Positions 32,277 to 42,146 of a stretch of DNA of 64,000 bases are shown here, piece by piece. Made by a program: the position numbers and the translations under genes. The DNA is from a virus. Numbering within the stretch: the first letter of the stretch is position 1; the number at the start of each line of letters is the position of its first letter. The notes under the pieces were generated by a model. The model was not told the origin of the DNA and ran no database searches. It was given only the letters and a program-made list of their open reading frames with translations. The stretch is taken from positions 1 through 64,000 of the IMG/VR virus record IMGVR_UViG_3300035698_028866; one strand, written 5' to 3'.

Positions 32277-32870
32277 TTAGTCTCCTTTCTTCAATACCAA
32301 GTAGCCACCGTCATCGTCTATTGCAATGATCTGACTTCCTGGTGGTAATTCTATTTGTTGTGGAGTTTCACCGGGGCGGACATACTTTTTGGCATCATCC
32401 TCACACTCTGTTACCCAAACAATATCTGATGCTTTGAATGCTGTAAGATCAATTCCGCATGCCTTAGCAGCTACCAAGATATCATCATTGCCAAGTTCGT
32501 CTGCCTCAAAGCGGACAACATCAAAGGCTGTTGTTCCCTTGGCGTGTACGTAGCCACTCGAAACGCGCCAAGCAGGTCCTTGCCATATAGCAACTTTATC
32601 TGTTTGGTTCACGAAAACCCTTCTCCTCTTACGTATTGGGATTTCGACGATCTTCCCCGGAGGCCATGCCTTTTCGTAGGCATCGGGGAGCAACGCTTCA
32701 GGAGGGGCTATCTCCCAGCGATTGTCGATGACGTCACAGTCAAGGATCAATGTTTCTCCACCATCTGGTCGGAAATTACCATCAGCGTCTATACGCACAA
32801 CCCCTCGAACAGCTGGGTGTATCAAAGGAATGCCCTTCTTTGCCTCATTGAGTAACTCATGCGGGTACAT
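32277..32870 (-). CDS. Paralog family A protein with an extra C-terminal domain
   Basis: Start at MYPHELLNEAKKG (RBS AAAGGAGG) rather than 33068. Confidence 0.7.
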   Translation of the reverse strand: MYPHELLNEAKKGIPLIHPAVRGVVRIDADGNFRPDGGETLILDCDVIDNRWEIAPPEALLPDAYEKAWPPGKIVEIPIRKRRRVFVNQTDKVAIWQGPAWRVSSGYVHAKGTTAFDVVRFEADELGNDDILVAAKACGIDLTAFKASDIVWVTECEDDAKKYVRPGETPQQIELPPGSQIIAIDDDGGYLVLKKGD

Positions 32871-33195
32871 TATCATCCTCCTTTGAGAGTTTTGCTCCAC
32901 AGCACGCGCATCTGTGTCCATTCTCCGAGAATGTCTCCCATCTCCCGCCACACAAAGAACACACGCTCTGTATGTCACGCACGACCTGAAGATGTACCCA
33001 GTCCCGGCTACGGTGGTCACGTAGGAAGTCTTGGAAATCCTTAACGGCTTGATCAAGCTCCTTTGCATACTGTTCCCACTGAGCCTCGGTCATCCCGTAA
33101 GCTCTCCGAACCTCTGGGAAGGAAGCAACTACATGGGCATCCACAAGACGCTGGACTTCCTTGCATGTTTCCTGTACTGCGATTTGGTCACTCAT
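32857..33195 (-). CDS. Hypothetical protein with C-terminal zinc ribbon
   Basis: Start MSDQ (RBS AAGGAG); CSLCG...CACCG. Confidence 0.65.
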   Translation of the reverse strand: MSDQIAVQETCKEVQRLVDAHVVASFPEVRRAYGMTEAQWEQYAKELDQAVKDFQDFLRDHRSRDWVHLQVVRDIQSVCSLCGGRWETFSENGHRCACCGAKLSKEDDNVPA

Positions 33196-33206
33196 AGCCT
33201 GTCTCC

Positions 33207-33431
33207 TTATGCTTTGTAAGTGGAGGGATACAAGGTGTCCACAAAAGTAATGGCCCCCATACATCCGATATAAAAATCCTTCTTCGTCGGCCACGGGTCT
33301 AAGGGAGCCATTGCATAATAGGCTGTGTTGGCATCGTGTATGTTTCTACATACGCACCAGACCCCATACTGTACTCCCTTGTCGTCGGCAGTGTTTTGTG
33401 CGTTCGAGAGTGCCTGTTTTAGTGTATTCAT
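33207..33431 (-). CDS. Hypothetical protein
   Basis: 74 aa, ATGA-coupled. Confidence 0.55.
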   Translation of the reverse strand: MNTLKQALSNAQNTADDKGVQYGVWCVCRNIHDANTAYYAMAPLDPWPTKKDFYIGCMGAITFVDTLYPSTYKA

Positions 33432-33793
33432 AACTGGACCCCTTCCGCTTTGGCAATTGCAGCCTGAAGAGCCTCAAGCCTACGATTAGGCCACGGCCCG
33501 TTTGCGCGGACGTAGCGCTCTAAATATGGCTGACAAGCCCGCGCCGCCTCCAACAGGTCAGGAGCCGCAGCGATTAGGTGTGCATTGGCCCGATTAACAC
33601 CTACAATTGTCCCATCGGCCTCCACCCCTGCCTCAGGGTCCGCCACCTCTGCGACAACATAGCCCCCTCCAGCCCCCCGTATTGGGGGATTCACGTTGAG
33701 CGGTGCCATTACCCAGAAACAATACTCGGGTAAGGAGTGTCCGAAGGGATAATAAACCTGCCACGGTCCCGGCGTGTACTTTGATTCGCTCAT
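33428..33793 (-). CDS. Conserved phage hypothetical protein (TPGPW...ANAxLIAAAPDL family)
   Basis: YTPGPW and ANAHLIAAAPDLLEA motifs. Confidence 0.75.
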   Translation of the reverse strand: MSESKYTPGPWQVYYPFGHSLPEYCFWVMAPLNVNPPIRGAGGGYVVAEVADPEAGVEADGTIVGVNRANAHLIAAAPDLLEAARACQPYLERYVRANGPWPNRRLEALQAAIAKAEGVQL

Positions 33794-33804
33794 AACCTGC
33801 CTCC

Positions 33805-34134
33805 TTATGCTTTGTCAATGGCTTCACGGGCCTCTTGTGTCATACAAGCCCACATATCTTCCTTGCCAACGGCTTGATAAGCTTCTTTTGTGATTCTGTG
33901 TTCACAACGCTCAATAAGCAAACGCAGTGCTGCCATCAGTATAGGTGCAGCAGCAACAGGATCAAGAATCTCTATACTCCAGCGATCATCAAGTAAGTTC
34001 TCACACGCTGTTAATGGATAATAAGGATGCTTAGTATCGTAAAGAGTTTGACCGCGCAAAAACACAGTTCCAAAGCAGGGATGGGTCAGAATAGCTCCAT
34101 GCTTCGCTTTCTCGAGTAATTCATGTACATACAT
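33805..34134 (-). CDS. Paralog family A protein
   Basis: MYVHELLEKAKHG..HP...DDRWSI. Confidence 0.7.
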   Translation of the reverse strand: MYVHELLEKAKHGAILTHPCFGTVFLRGQTLYDTKHPYYPLTACENLLDDRWSIEILDPVAAAPILMAALRLLIERCEHRITKEAYQAVGKEDMWACMTQEAREAIDKA

Positions 34135-34398
34135 TTATCCCTTCTCCTTATTATCAAAACACATTGGAGGCGGTGGTGGATTATGCCCAATTCTTTCGGG
34201 TTTCAGTTTGTACCTCCAGTTAGATAACTTAAGTGTAAAGCTTGACATTCCAACCTTGTCGTTATCAGCATCATAATACCGCCAAAGCTCATTGACTAAT
34301 TCTACTCTCATACCGTCAATTTCTATAGCTGCCCCCTTAGAGGCAGCTATATTTAATTCATCCCACGACTTCGGAGTTACCCAGTCATGGACAAGCAT
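34135..34398 (-). CDS. Paralog family B protein
   Basis: WVTPKSWDEL...NWRY. Confidence 0.7.
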   Translation of the reverse strand: MLVHDWVTPKSWDELNIAASKGAAIEIDGMRVELVNELWRYYDADNDKVGMSSFTLKLSNWRYKLKPERIGHNPPPPPMCFDNKEKG

Positions 34399-34400
34399 AG

Positions 34401-35174
34401 TTAAGCTCCTTTTAGTATGCGTTCTACACGGCTTTGAATTATAGCACCGGCAATGTCCCTCACTTTAAGGGCTGACGATGTAACGAAGCTGTTCCATAGA
34501 TATTCCAGCATGCTGCGAAACTCCTCACGATCTTCCTCAGCTTTTTTAGCGCGCTCTTCCAGTTCTCGATTAGCTTCAAGCAGAGAAGCCTTATCCGCCC
34601 GCAGTGTCAGAGCCATGTCACCAAGATTAGCCCTCTGAGCGTCGAATTCTTCCGCTGCCCTCGCCGCCTTAAACATCACTTCCACATTCTCAGCGCGGTT
34701 TGCCAGTTCTCGATTAGCTTCCGACAACACTTCCACATGTTCATACGTGGATATTAGCTGATCATTGAGGTTGGCATTGCGTCCGGTCCAGAAGAGAACG
34801 CGCTCGTCCAAGAGGGCCATCCTTGTATCCGAGTTAGCCACAGCCTCATACGCCTTGTCCAATCGACTTTCGAGACGGGCAATTTTCTCGTCTTTGTCGT
34901 TCTCCAATGTCCCCAGTCCTCCCAGACATATATCGCCAGCGGAAAGTTCAGACAGATCTACGGACGACCCTGTCTTCTCCGGTATCCAATAACGCCAATT
35001 TGGGAGATAGCGGCCTTCGTTAGTCCTGGAAGCCAAGGTCTCGAGAGGCTTGGCAACGTAATGCCAACAGCCATCCTTCTCGAATACACGCTCCCCACAA
35101 ACCTCAACCTTAGGACTAGAGTCCCGAGCACGTATCAACTCTCCCCATGTTTCTGGTTCAACCCATCCCATCAT
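34401..35174 (-). CDS. Paralog family B protein with coiled coil
   Basis: GWVEPETWGEL, CGERV, NWRY, C-terminal YLWN...RVERILK. Confidence 0.75.
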   Translation of the reverse strand: MMGWVEPETWGELIRARDSSPKVEVCGERVFEKDGCWHYVAKPLETLASRTNEGRYLPNWRYWIPEKTGSSVDLSELSAGDICLGGLGTLENDKDEKIARLESRLDKAYEAVANSDTRMALLDERVLFWTGRNANLNDQLISTYEHVEVLSEANRELANRAENVEVMFKAARAAEEFDAQRANLGDMALTLRADKASLLEANRELEERAKKAEEDREEFRSMLEYLWNSFVTSSALKVRDIAGAIIQSRVERILKGA

Positions 35175-35574
35175 CTGTCTCCTTTAGTATGCGTTCTATG
35201 TGAAGTTGCATTGTGATACAAGCAACATCCTTCACCTTCTGTTCTGGCGGCGTAGCTGGCGGCGTAGCAAGACTGTTCCAGAGAGATTCCAGCGCAGTCC
35301 GAAGCGCGTCATGTTCGGCCTCAAGCTTCCTGATGTATTTACTGAGGGGTTCCAAAGGATCCGAGCTCCAATAACGCCAATTCGAAAGGTTGCAGTTCTC
35401 TGCGATTAGTAACGAAATATGGGCATAGTTATGTTTTTCTTCAGTGGGTTCGAGAATAAACCATAGATTACCTCTCGATAGGGCTACCCAGTTACCACAA
35501 AATGTGACGTCTATTCCGTTTTGCCCCTTCTCTGTCAACTCTTCCCACGTTTTTGGTTTAACCCAACCCATCAC
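35158..35574 (-). CDS. Paralog family B protein
   Basis: GWVKPKTWEEL, FCG, NWRY, LWN...IERILK. Confidence 0.75.
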   Translation of the reverse strand: MMGWVKPKTWEELTEKGQNGIDVTFCGNWVALSRGNLWFILEPTEEKHNYAHISLLIAENCNLSNWRYWSSDPLEPLSKYIRKLEAEHDALRTALESLWNSLATPPATPPEQKVKDVACITMQLHIERILKETDDGMG

Positions 35575-35890
35575 TTATCTCCTTATCTCTTTGTAATTGT
35601 GTCAAGAAGTTTTTCCTTATGCTATCCCTGAATTTTTCCTGACTTACCAAATCCGCTCCCTGCGAAATTGCATCAGCATGTTCACTCTCTGTAAGGTTAT
35701 AATGTGGGAAGTTCCTTACATCCTTAAACTTCCTACGTTTAATCCCTAACCGTGCGGCATACCTGTGAAGTTTTCTGATACCTTCATCTGTATTACGAAC
35801 AAACAAGTCGGATATTTTAACCCCATCACGGAGTCTTAACCTATTTACATAAATGCTGCCCATGCTTTTATCTTGATCCTTGCCCATCAT
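35558..35890 (-). CDS. DUF4031-like protein
   Basis: LHRYAARLGIKRR.F...PHYNL......AI..GA pattern. Confidence 0.65.
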   Translation of the reverse strand: MMGKDQDKSMGSIYVNRLRLRDGVKISDLFVRNTDEGIRKLHRYAARLGIKRRKFKDVRNFPHYNLTESEHADAISQGADLVSQEKFRDSIRKNFLTQLQRDKEISDGLG

Positions 35891-36114
35891 TTATCTCCTT
35901 TTAGCCTATACCGCCAATTCACAAGGCGACGGCACTTGGCTGTAAATGGCAATGGCCCGTCGGATGGCCATCCGTAGAAATAATACCAGAAGCCGTTTTT
36001 TGAAAACACCCGCTCGCCGCAAAATTCAATCACTGCACCGTTGCGCTTCGCGACTTCAATTTCTTCCCACGTCCACGGTCTTCTCCACAGCCTTTTATCT
36101 CGATCCTTGCCCAT
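35887..36114 (-). CDS. Paralog family B protein
   Basis: WRRPWTWEEI, FCGERV, NWRY. Confidence 0.7.
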   Translation of the reverse strand: MGKDRDKRLWRRPWTWEEIEVAKRNGAVIEFCGERVFSKNGFWYYFYGWPSDGPLPFTAKCRRLVNWRYRLKGDK

Positions 36115-36274
36115 CGAATCTCCCATCCCTTTTTAGTTTCAGCGCGTATTGTTCCCTAGCCCTCAGGATTGCTCGACGGCGTTTGTTGATTGCCACGCTA
36201 CACTCGATCTCATCATCAGGCAACGGACCGAAGTGTGGCATATCTCTCCACGTCCTTGGTTCAACCCGTAGCAT
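36095..36274 (-). CDS. Small protein with family-B-like N-terminus (59 aa)
   Basis: Not in the ORF track; MLRVEPRTWRDMPHF...; fills the gap between neighbours. Confidence 0.5.
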   Translation of the reverse strand: MLRVEPRTWRDMPHFGPLPDDEIECSVAINKRRRAILRAREQYALKLKRDGRFDGQGSR

Positions 36275-36617
36275 TACTCATTCTCCAGGCCTCTAATTGT
36301 GCTTCTACTTTACTGCGTACTTGCCCGACGGTTTTGCGCAACACGTCGTCGAACCACTTAGCCACTGGAGCAGGTGCATCTTCCAGTGCGTGCTCGACAC
36401 TCTCCATGAAATCTGTAGCAGTCTTCCGGAGCAAATCCCACTCGTCAACCGGAAGGAGGAGTGCACGCTTATGGAATAACAGCAGTCCTAACTTCTCTGG
36501 GACATTCACGGTAATCCGAGCCGCAGTATGCAAGACACCATTTGGCACGGAGTCTTTTTCATCTATGAGTTTGATGCCCTCGACAAACCCTATACGTTCC
36601 TTATCTGGATGTCCCAT
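36261..36617 (-). CDS. Hypothetical protein
   Basis: 118 aa, TAATG-coupled. Confidence 0.6.
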   Translation of the reverse strand: MGHPDKERIGFVEGIKLIDEKDSVPNGVLHTAARITVNVPEKLGLLLFHKRALLLPVDEWDLLRKTATDFMESVEHALEDAPAPVAKWFDDVLRKTVGQVRSKVEAQLEAWRMSNATG

Positions 36618-37006
36618 TACTCATCCTCCCTCTTTAATACGCGTTCTACCCTAAGGCGCATTGTGTCAGAAGCAACGTCCTTCACGCTTACGGATGCCGC
36701 TGTGGCGAATCCGTTCCATAGGTATTTCAATACATCCCGCAACTCGTCACGTTCTTCCTCAAGCTCCTCAATGTATCCAGGGGTGGGCGCGAAAGGATTC
36801 GCAAGCCAAATCCCCCAATTCTCAAAATTGCGGCTCATGAAAGTAAATTCAATCCGTTCATAGTTGTGGTTGGTCTTGACGTCTTTGAGGATATACCAAC
36901 AATCATCCTTCGAGGCGACGGCCCGGCATCCGCAAAAAGTGACTTCTGCTCCTTGTCGCCCTGCTACTGTTAGCTCTAACCACGTCTTTGGTGGAACCCA
37001 TCCCAT
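36617..37006 (-). CDS. Paralog family B protein
   Basis: GWVPPKTWLEL, FCG, YLWN...RVERVLK. Confidence 0.75.
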   Translation of the reverse strand: MGWVPPKTWLELTVAGRQGAEVTFCGCRAVASKDDCWYILKDVKTNHNYERIEFTFMSRNFENWGIWLANPFAPTPGYIEELEEERDELRDVLKYLWNGFATAASVSVKDVASDTMRLRVERVLKREDE

Positions 37007-37059
37007 CAGCTGTCTCCTTTTGTGAATTCTCTGCTAACACTAAAGATCAACACTCAATA

Positions 37060-38472
37060 CTATGTCAGTGCCTTGTCCAAAGTAGCTAAGCTCAATGCCT
37101 TGTCCAAAGCAACCAGGCTATCCTCTTTTGCGTGAAGAACATTCCGACAAGCTTGCTTCAGATTATACAAAGCATGGTCTAATTTTTCAGCAAGCTCTCT
37201 CGAACATTTTGCACTAGTCATTTCACAATTATACGTGAAACTGAGTGCGTCAAGCTTACCTTCAAGCTCTTCTGCGTGCTCTGTTTGTGCGGTAAGGAGA
37301 GCTTGAAGGTTAGAGACATTGCTTTCTTCCCTCTTAGCACGCTTGCTCTCGGCCAGGCGCTCAATAGCACACATATTGCGACTCTCCACGAGCTGATTTA
37401 TACGATCTACCTGGTGATCAACAACCGCGTTAAGCTTAAGGACTTCACCTTCAGCCTTATCAGCTCTATTCTCCGCAATCCCCAAACTAGATAGCAGCTC
37501 ACTCTTCCCGCAAGTTTCCCGTGCTAATGTAGCCTCAAGCTCAGAAACCCTATCTGGTGTCGTAACCCTGTCATAGATTAAAGTATTGAGCTTAGACTTC
37601 GACTTAGAGACCTCATATTCAGCCTTACGAGCACGATCCAAGTCCGCATCCCGATAGGCCACCGCAGCCTTAAGCTCCTTTATAAGGTGTGCTTGGGTAT
37701 CAATCGTATCGTTAAGATCAGCGAAGACATCAAACTCCTCCATCTCTGCTGCACAAGTTTCAAGCTCTATTATGCGAGACTCTTGTATGGCATTGACGGC
37801 ATATGCCGTTGCTAATGAGGCCTCAGCACTAGCAGCAAGCTCTGTCTTAGCATCAAGCGCAAGCTCAAGATGTATTATATGTTCTTCACACCGAACTATA
37901 GTAGCTTTGAGCTCAGAGACTTTATCCTCTGCATCGCGCGAACTAGCCTTTGCAATCTGCCAACTCTCAGCCCACGCGATACAATTCTTCTTCAGCGTAG
38001 AAGCTACTGTAGCAGAATCTTGTAGCGTATTCTCAAGCTCCTCTATACGATCTGAGGAGGCATAAAGACTCCTGGCCTTAGACTCAACGCTGGCAGAATG
38101 CCTCTTTTCATCCTGCAAGATAGCCTGCAGATCATCAGTCTCCTTAGCAGAGGCTTCTAGCGCAGCTTCAGCTTCCACAACACGTGCACACGCAGCCTCA
38201 TTATTATCCATCACGCATTTAAGATTTTTCTTGCAAAGGGCTAGCTCAAGCGTAAGATCACCAATACGTCTACCTTTTAGAATAGACCCGCTGTAAGCGT
38301 TTCTTTGAAAAGCGTCTTCGTTTGCCTGTTCTACCTCCTTTTTCTCTTCGTTGTCTATTTCTACACTCCCTGTTCCAGAACAAATGGGACAATTTTCCCT
38401 GACCCACCCTCCTTTATTGGATGGGCCACAAAGCAGTCCTTTTCCTTCACAAACTTTACACGGTATCGTCAT
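37060..38472 (-). CDS. CxxCxGxG zinc finger plus long coiled-coil protein (family C)
   Basis: CKVCEGKG, CPICSGTG, then extended heptads. Confidence 0.8.
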   Translation of the reverse strand: MTIPCKVCEGKGLLCGPSNKGGWVRENCPICSGTGSVEIDNEEKKEVEQANEDAFQRNAYSGSILKGRRIGDLTLELALCKKNLKCVMDNNEAACARVVEAEAALEASAKETDDLQAILQDEKRHSASVESKARSLYASSDRIEELENTLQDSATVASTLKKNCIAWAESWQIAKASSRDAEDKVSELKATIVRCEEHIIHLELALDAKTELAASAEASLATAYAVNAIQESRIIELETCAAEMEEFDVFADLNDTIDTQAHLIKELKAAVAYRDADLDRARKAEYEVSKSKSKLNTLIYDRVTTPDRVSELEATLARETCGKSELLSSLGIAENRADKAEGEVLKLNAVVDHQVDRINQLVESRNMCAIERLAESKRAKREESNVSNLQALLTAQTEHAEELEGKLDALSFTYNCEMTSAKCSRELAEKLDHALYNLKQACRNVLHAKEDSLVALDKALSLATLDKALT

Positions 38473-38500
38473 ACTAGTCTCCTTTTGTGTTATTCTTTAT

Positions 38501-39634
38501 CTACTTTGGCAACCCGAGAACCATATCATCATCTATCGCCCTGTGAAGATCTTCTAGATTCTTTTCAGTTGAATTAAAAAGTTTCAAACAAGCCGCCCTC
38601 AAATGAACTATTCGGTGTGCCAGCACGGTGCCACACTTCGTCTCAGACTTAAGGTGCTTATCTGAGACATCAAGATCCTCGGAAAGAGCTTCGATGTGAT
38701 CCTCAAGCTCCTTTATTTTTTCTGCCTGTATGTTATCAGTGGTCTTGTTATGCTGAGCGGAAATGAGTTTGATCCTGTCACCAATACGAGCTAAGACAGT
38801 TTCAGGAACGCCTCCAGGTTCACCCATATACCACCCAAGCCGCAGCACTTTCTGAGCCAAAGACACGAACTTAGTCTCAAACAGCTCTTCATGCTCTCGA
38901 GATTGCTTATCCTCTAGCTCCTTTAGACGCCCTGCTTGATTCTCAGTAATAGTGGTAAGCTCAAAGATTTTAATATCGGCTTGGTCAGCACGTGCGTATG
39001 CTTTCCTCCATTCCTGAATTATCTCCTGTTCAGCTTGAGTAGCGTTTTTTAGCTTAGTCAAAAGCTCATCTATGCGCTCTATTTGATGAGTTATTCGACC
39101 TACCTGCTGAGAAATAGTAGCTTCAAGCTCAACGACTATAGCCTCAGCCGCATTAGCACGTGCCGTTTGAGCCTCCAGGCTGTCTGCCCGTTCCAATTCC
39201 TTTCGCAACTTAGCAGCATTCTCATCCATAGAAACTGTCAGCCTAGACACAAGCTCCTTTGTGCCCTCTAGTAGTTGAGAAGGAGAAAGCTTGACGTCGG
39301 ATTCCTCTACGTCGGCTGTTCCTACCCTACCTGTCCCACCACAGGCAGAACATTCATGTAGTAACGGAAATACACCACGAACAATCCCTTCTCCTTTACA
39401 TTTTTTACATGATATCAGCATACTATTCTCCTTTTGTTTATTCTTTACTATTCTATTATGCAGGGCCGTGTATTTAGCCTCAATCTCCTCAGCAAACGTG
39501 TAATCTCGCTTAAACTCTTCTATATCGTCTGCCTCTACCATACCTGTCCCACCACAAGAAAAGCAGCTGAATATCAGAAATAGACCAGGACTCAAGCGAC
39601 CTGTTCCTTCACAAACTTTACACGGTATCATCAT
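38501..39634 (-). CDS. Double zinc finger plus coiled-coil protein (family C), with internal second start at 39421
   Basis: Start MMIPCKVCEG at 39634; duplicated AAAAGGAGAATAGTATG module. Confidence 0.75.
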   Translation of the reverse strand: MMIPCKVCEGTGRLSPGLFLIFSCFSCGGTGMVEADDIEEFKRDYTFAEEIEAKYTALHNRIVKNKQKENSMLISCKKCKGEGIVRGVFPLLHECSACGGTGRVGTADVEESDVKLSPSQLLEGTKELVSRLTVSMDENAAKLRKELERADSLEAQTARANAAEAIVVELEATISQQVGRITHQIERIDELLTKLKNATQAEQEIIQEWRKAYARADQADIKIFELTTITENQAGRLKELEDKQSREHEELFETKFVSLAQKVLRLGWYMGEPGGVPETVLARIGDRIKLISAQHNKTTDNIQAEKIKELEDHIEALSEDLDVSDKHLKSETKCGTVLAHRIVHLRAACLKLFNSTEKNLEDLHRAIDDDMVLGLPK

Positions 39635-39635
39635 A

Positions 39636-40028
39636 CTATTCTCCTTTTGTGTTATTCCAGAAAAGATAACTGAAACCCGACTCCTGTATCTTGCCCATTG
39701 CCGCTCCGGCTTCTTCAGAACTACTAAGCAAAGACTGGAAGAACAACCGACATGCATCTTCCAGCTTAGCTAACTTGACCTCAGCCTTGTAAGCACGACC
39801 CGTTTCCTCCCTTCGATCTTCTTCAGCATCCATAAGGCGAGTTTCTGCGGATTCACGAGCACGAACACAGACAGCAAGCTCAGACTCAAGCGTGCTGATT
39901 TTGCTCTTAGCCTGGGCAACACGGTTCCTCTCAAGCACACACCTAGTTTCTGCGATATCACGATCCTTGATACAGCAGACAAGCTCATTATCAGTACTGC
40001 TGAAAAAAGGCATCTTTGGCATAACCAT
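39636..40028 (-). CDS. Coiled-coil protein (family C-related)
   Basis: Same RBS module; LEDACR C-terminus resembles LKQACR/LRAACL of neighbours. Confidence 0.65.
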   Translation of the reverse strand: MVMPKMPFFSSTDNELVCCIKDRDIAETRCVLERNRVAQAKSKISTLESELAVCVRARESAETRLMDAEEDRREETGRAYKAEVKLAKLEDACRLFFQSLLSSSEEAGAAMGKIQESGFSYLFWNNTKGE

Positions 40029-40053
40029 ACTATTCTCCTTTTACTTGATGCTA

Positions 40054-40734
40054 TTAGTATCTCCGTACTGCGTAGTTATTTTCCAGATTCTCACAAAACC
40101 AGCCAAACGCATCATTCAACCTTTCAAACGTGGCTGAAATATCTTCATTCTCCTTAAGCTGGAGGAGTGCCAACTTTCTATCCCCGCTAGGATAATCCCC
40201 AGGAAGATAGACGGTGAGAACCTCTTCACTGCTGACCCTGTTAAGAGAGGGATAATTACGGGAGTAGAATACAATTGGCTCCTCGGAGTAGAATGCCTGT
40301 GATCTATTCCCGAGATAGCGAGATATAGCTAGCTTACCTCGCAGTTCTTTGGGAAATACATGTATCCGAAACCCTAACATGTCACTCAGCCTGAAGACTA
40401 CTGTGGAGAACATGATGTCTGTCTCATCGAACGCACTATGGATCTGACTTTCTCTTACGTCGTTCACAATAGGGTTACCGCAGTCTTTGTAGATAACTTC
40501 CGGGGTGATACTAGGTTTTGAATCTGAGTTCTCTTCCCATAATAAGGAGTCATCTATAGTTAAAGCATCAGCTGGTTCTCCGTCAGATAAGTCTCCTCCA
40601 ACGTAGACAAAACGACATGCGTGAGAGTTCCATTTTACAAGCGTCCACCCATAATTAGGAACATGGGTACGCATTGTAATACCTTTTTTGATCATCATAC
40701 ATCGTGCTTCTCTTGCATCTACTGACCTAGGCAT
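40054..40734 (-). CDS. Paralog family D protein
   Basis: AREARCMMI; FSTVVFRL..GF...PKELRG; VYLPG; AFGWFC. Confidence 0.75.
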   Translation of the reverse strand: MPRSVDAREARCMMIKKGITMRTHVPNYGWTLVKWNSHACRFVYVGGDLSDGEPADALTIDDSLLWEENSDSKPSITPEVIYKDCGNPIVNDVRESQIHSAFDETDIMFSTVVFRLSDMLGFRIHVFPKELRGKLAISRYLGNRSQAFYSEEPIVFYSRNYPSLNRVSSEEVLTVYLPGDYPSGDRKLALLQLKENEDISATFERLNDAFGWFCENLENNYAVRRY

Positions 40735-40760
40735 ATTCGTCCTCCTTTTATTTGACGTTA

Positions 40761-41435
40761 TTAGTCTCCCTGTATTGCGTAGTGCTCTTCTATGAAAGTG
40801 CAGAACCACGCAAAAGCAGCGTCCAACTTTGTATGAGCAGTCGAAGTATCTTTATGCCTACCGAGCTGGAGGAATGCTACTCTGTTATCGCGCGCAGCAG
40901 AATTCCCTGGAAGATAGACGTGGAACACATTATCAATAGAGTTCAAGCCAAGCTCAGGCTCAGCACTGGAGTAGAATATAGCTGAATCAGGCATTGTCAT
41001 ATTCGAAGGGTAGCGAGCTATCCGTAACTTACCACGCAGCTCATCAGGCATTACTTTAACCTGGAACCCCAATACGTCAGCCATTCTGAAAACTATTGCA
41101 GAGAATAAAATGTCTCCCCCATCGAACGCCCTATGGAAACGACCTATTTCTATTCCATACCCAAGAACGTTTTTTACGTCTCCGTATATGACTTTCGGGG
41201 TAACGATCGTTTTTTCTTTTGGAGCCTCTTCCCATACCAGATGAGGCTCCATAAGGAAAGATAAGTCATCCCCATTCTCACAAGTGAAACAATACTCGTC
41301 GGGATTCCATGATACTATCTTCTTATCCACATGGTTAGACTCTGGAGCACCTACAAACGTGCGCATTCTAATACCGTCCTCGATCATCTTCTGTCGTGCT
41401 TCTCTTGACCTAAATACTTTTAGCATCTCCATCAT
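40761..41435 (-). CDS. Paralog family D protein
   Basis: SREARQKMI; GFQVKVMPDELRG; VYLPG; AFAWFC. Confidence 0.75.
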   Translation of the reverse strand: MMEMLKVFRSREARQKMIEDGIRMRTFVGAPESNHVDKKIVSWNPDEYCFTCENGDDLSFLMEPHLVWEEAPKEKTIVTPKVIYGDVKNVLGYGIEIGRFHRAFDGGDILFSAIVFRMADVLGFQVKVMPDELRGKLRIARYPSNMTMPDSAIFYSSAEPELGLNSIDNVFHVYLPGNSAARDNRVAFLQLGRHKDTSTAHTKLDAAFAWFCTFIEEHYAIQGD

Positions 41436-41449
41436 CCTTTTATTTGATG

Positions 41450-42145
41450 TTAATGTGTTCTTTTTATCAAATAATGCTCTTTCAGGTAATAACAAAACCA
41501 GTCGAAGGCTTCAGCTAAGCTTGAATACGCGCTGTAGGCCTTTTCCGTGCTAGGAAGCTGTAAAAATGCCACCTTGCCATCGTCTGACCTTCTGCTCCCA
41601 GGAAGATAAACACTAAGCAGCGTGTTACCGTAGCCCTTGGCCATCTCAGGAAACGAAGAGGATAAAAAGTCAACGCAATCACTCTCAGTAAGATCATACT
41701 TAGCTATCATCTTCGCACCACGCAGCTCATCAGGCATTACCTTGACCTGGAAGCCTACGAGAGTTCCCATCATAAAGACTACCGCGGAGAATAAGGTGTC
41801 TACTCCATCTTTGGATTCATAAAGGTGACTTTTTCCTTCGGGTAACTCAAGATCGGACTCGTTTCCTAAGTATAAGCCTTTCGGAGTAACGGGCGTTCTT
41901 GTTTCTTTTACGGCCTCTTCCCATACCCGCCCAGGATTCATAAGGAGAGACATGTCAGCTCCCACGCAGACGAAACAACTCTCTTCTTTATTCCACGACA
42001 TTTTCACAGACTTCGACTGCTCAGAATCGAGGTCAAAAACACATGTGCAGAAACTCTTACCATATGCGACCATCTGCAATCTTGCTTCTTTTGCACTAAA
42101 TACTTTTCCCATAGTACCCTCCTGTGATTTGGTTATGGTTTGCAT
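41450..42145 (-). CDS. Paralog family D protein
   Basis: AKEARLQMV; GFQVKVMPDELRG; VYLPG; AFDWFC. Confidence 0.75.
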   Translation of the reverse strand: MQTITKSQEGTMGKVFSAKEARLQMVAYGKSFCTCVFDLDSEQSKSVKMSWNKEESCFVCVGADMSLLMNPGRVWEEAVKETRTPVTPKGLYLGNESDLELPEGKSHLYESKDGVDTLFSAVVFMMGTLVGFQVKVMPDELRGAKMIAKYDLTESDCVDFLSSSFPEMAKGYGNTLLSVYLPGSRRSDDGKVAFLQLPSTEKAYSAYSSLAEAFDWFCYYLKEHYLIKRTH

Positions 42146-42146
42146 C

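Noticed and set aside
32277-32560. ADP-ribosyltransferase-like reading of the C-terminal domain (IVWVTECEDDAKKY)
   Set aside because: Only one loosely matching motif; insufficient without a profile search
32871-33068. N-terminal extensions given by the ORF track (also 39757, 40809, 41495, 45332, 54040, 29636, 18120, 9841, 7236)
   Set aside because: Downstream starts have clear SD sequences, match paralog N-termini or avoid long overlaps
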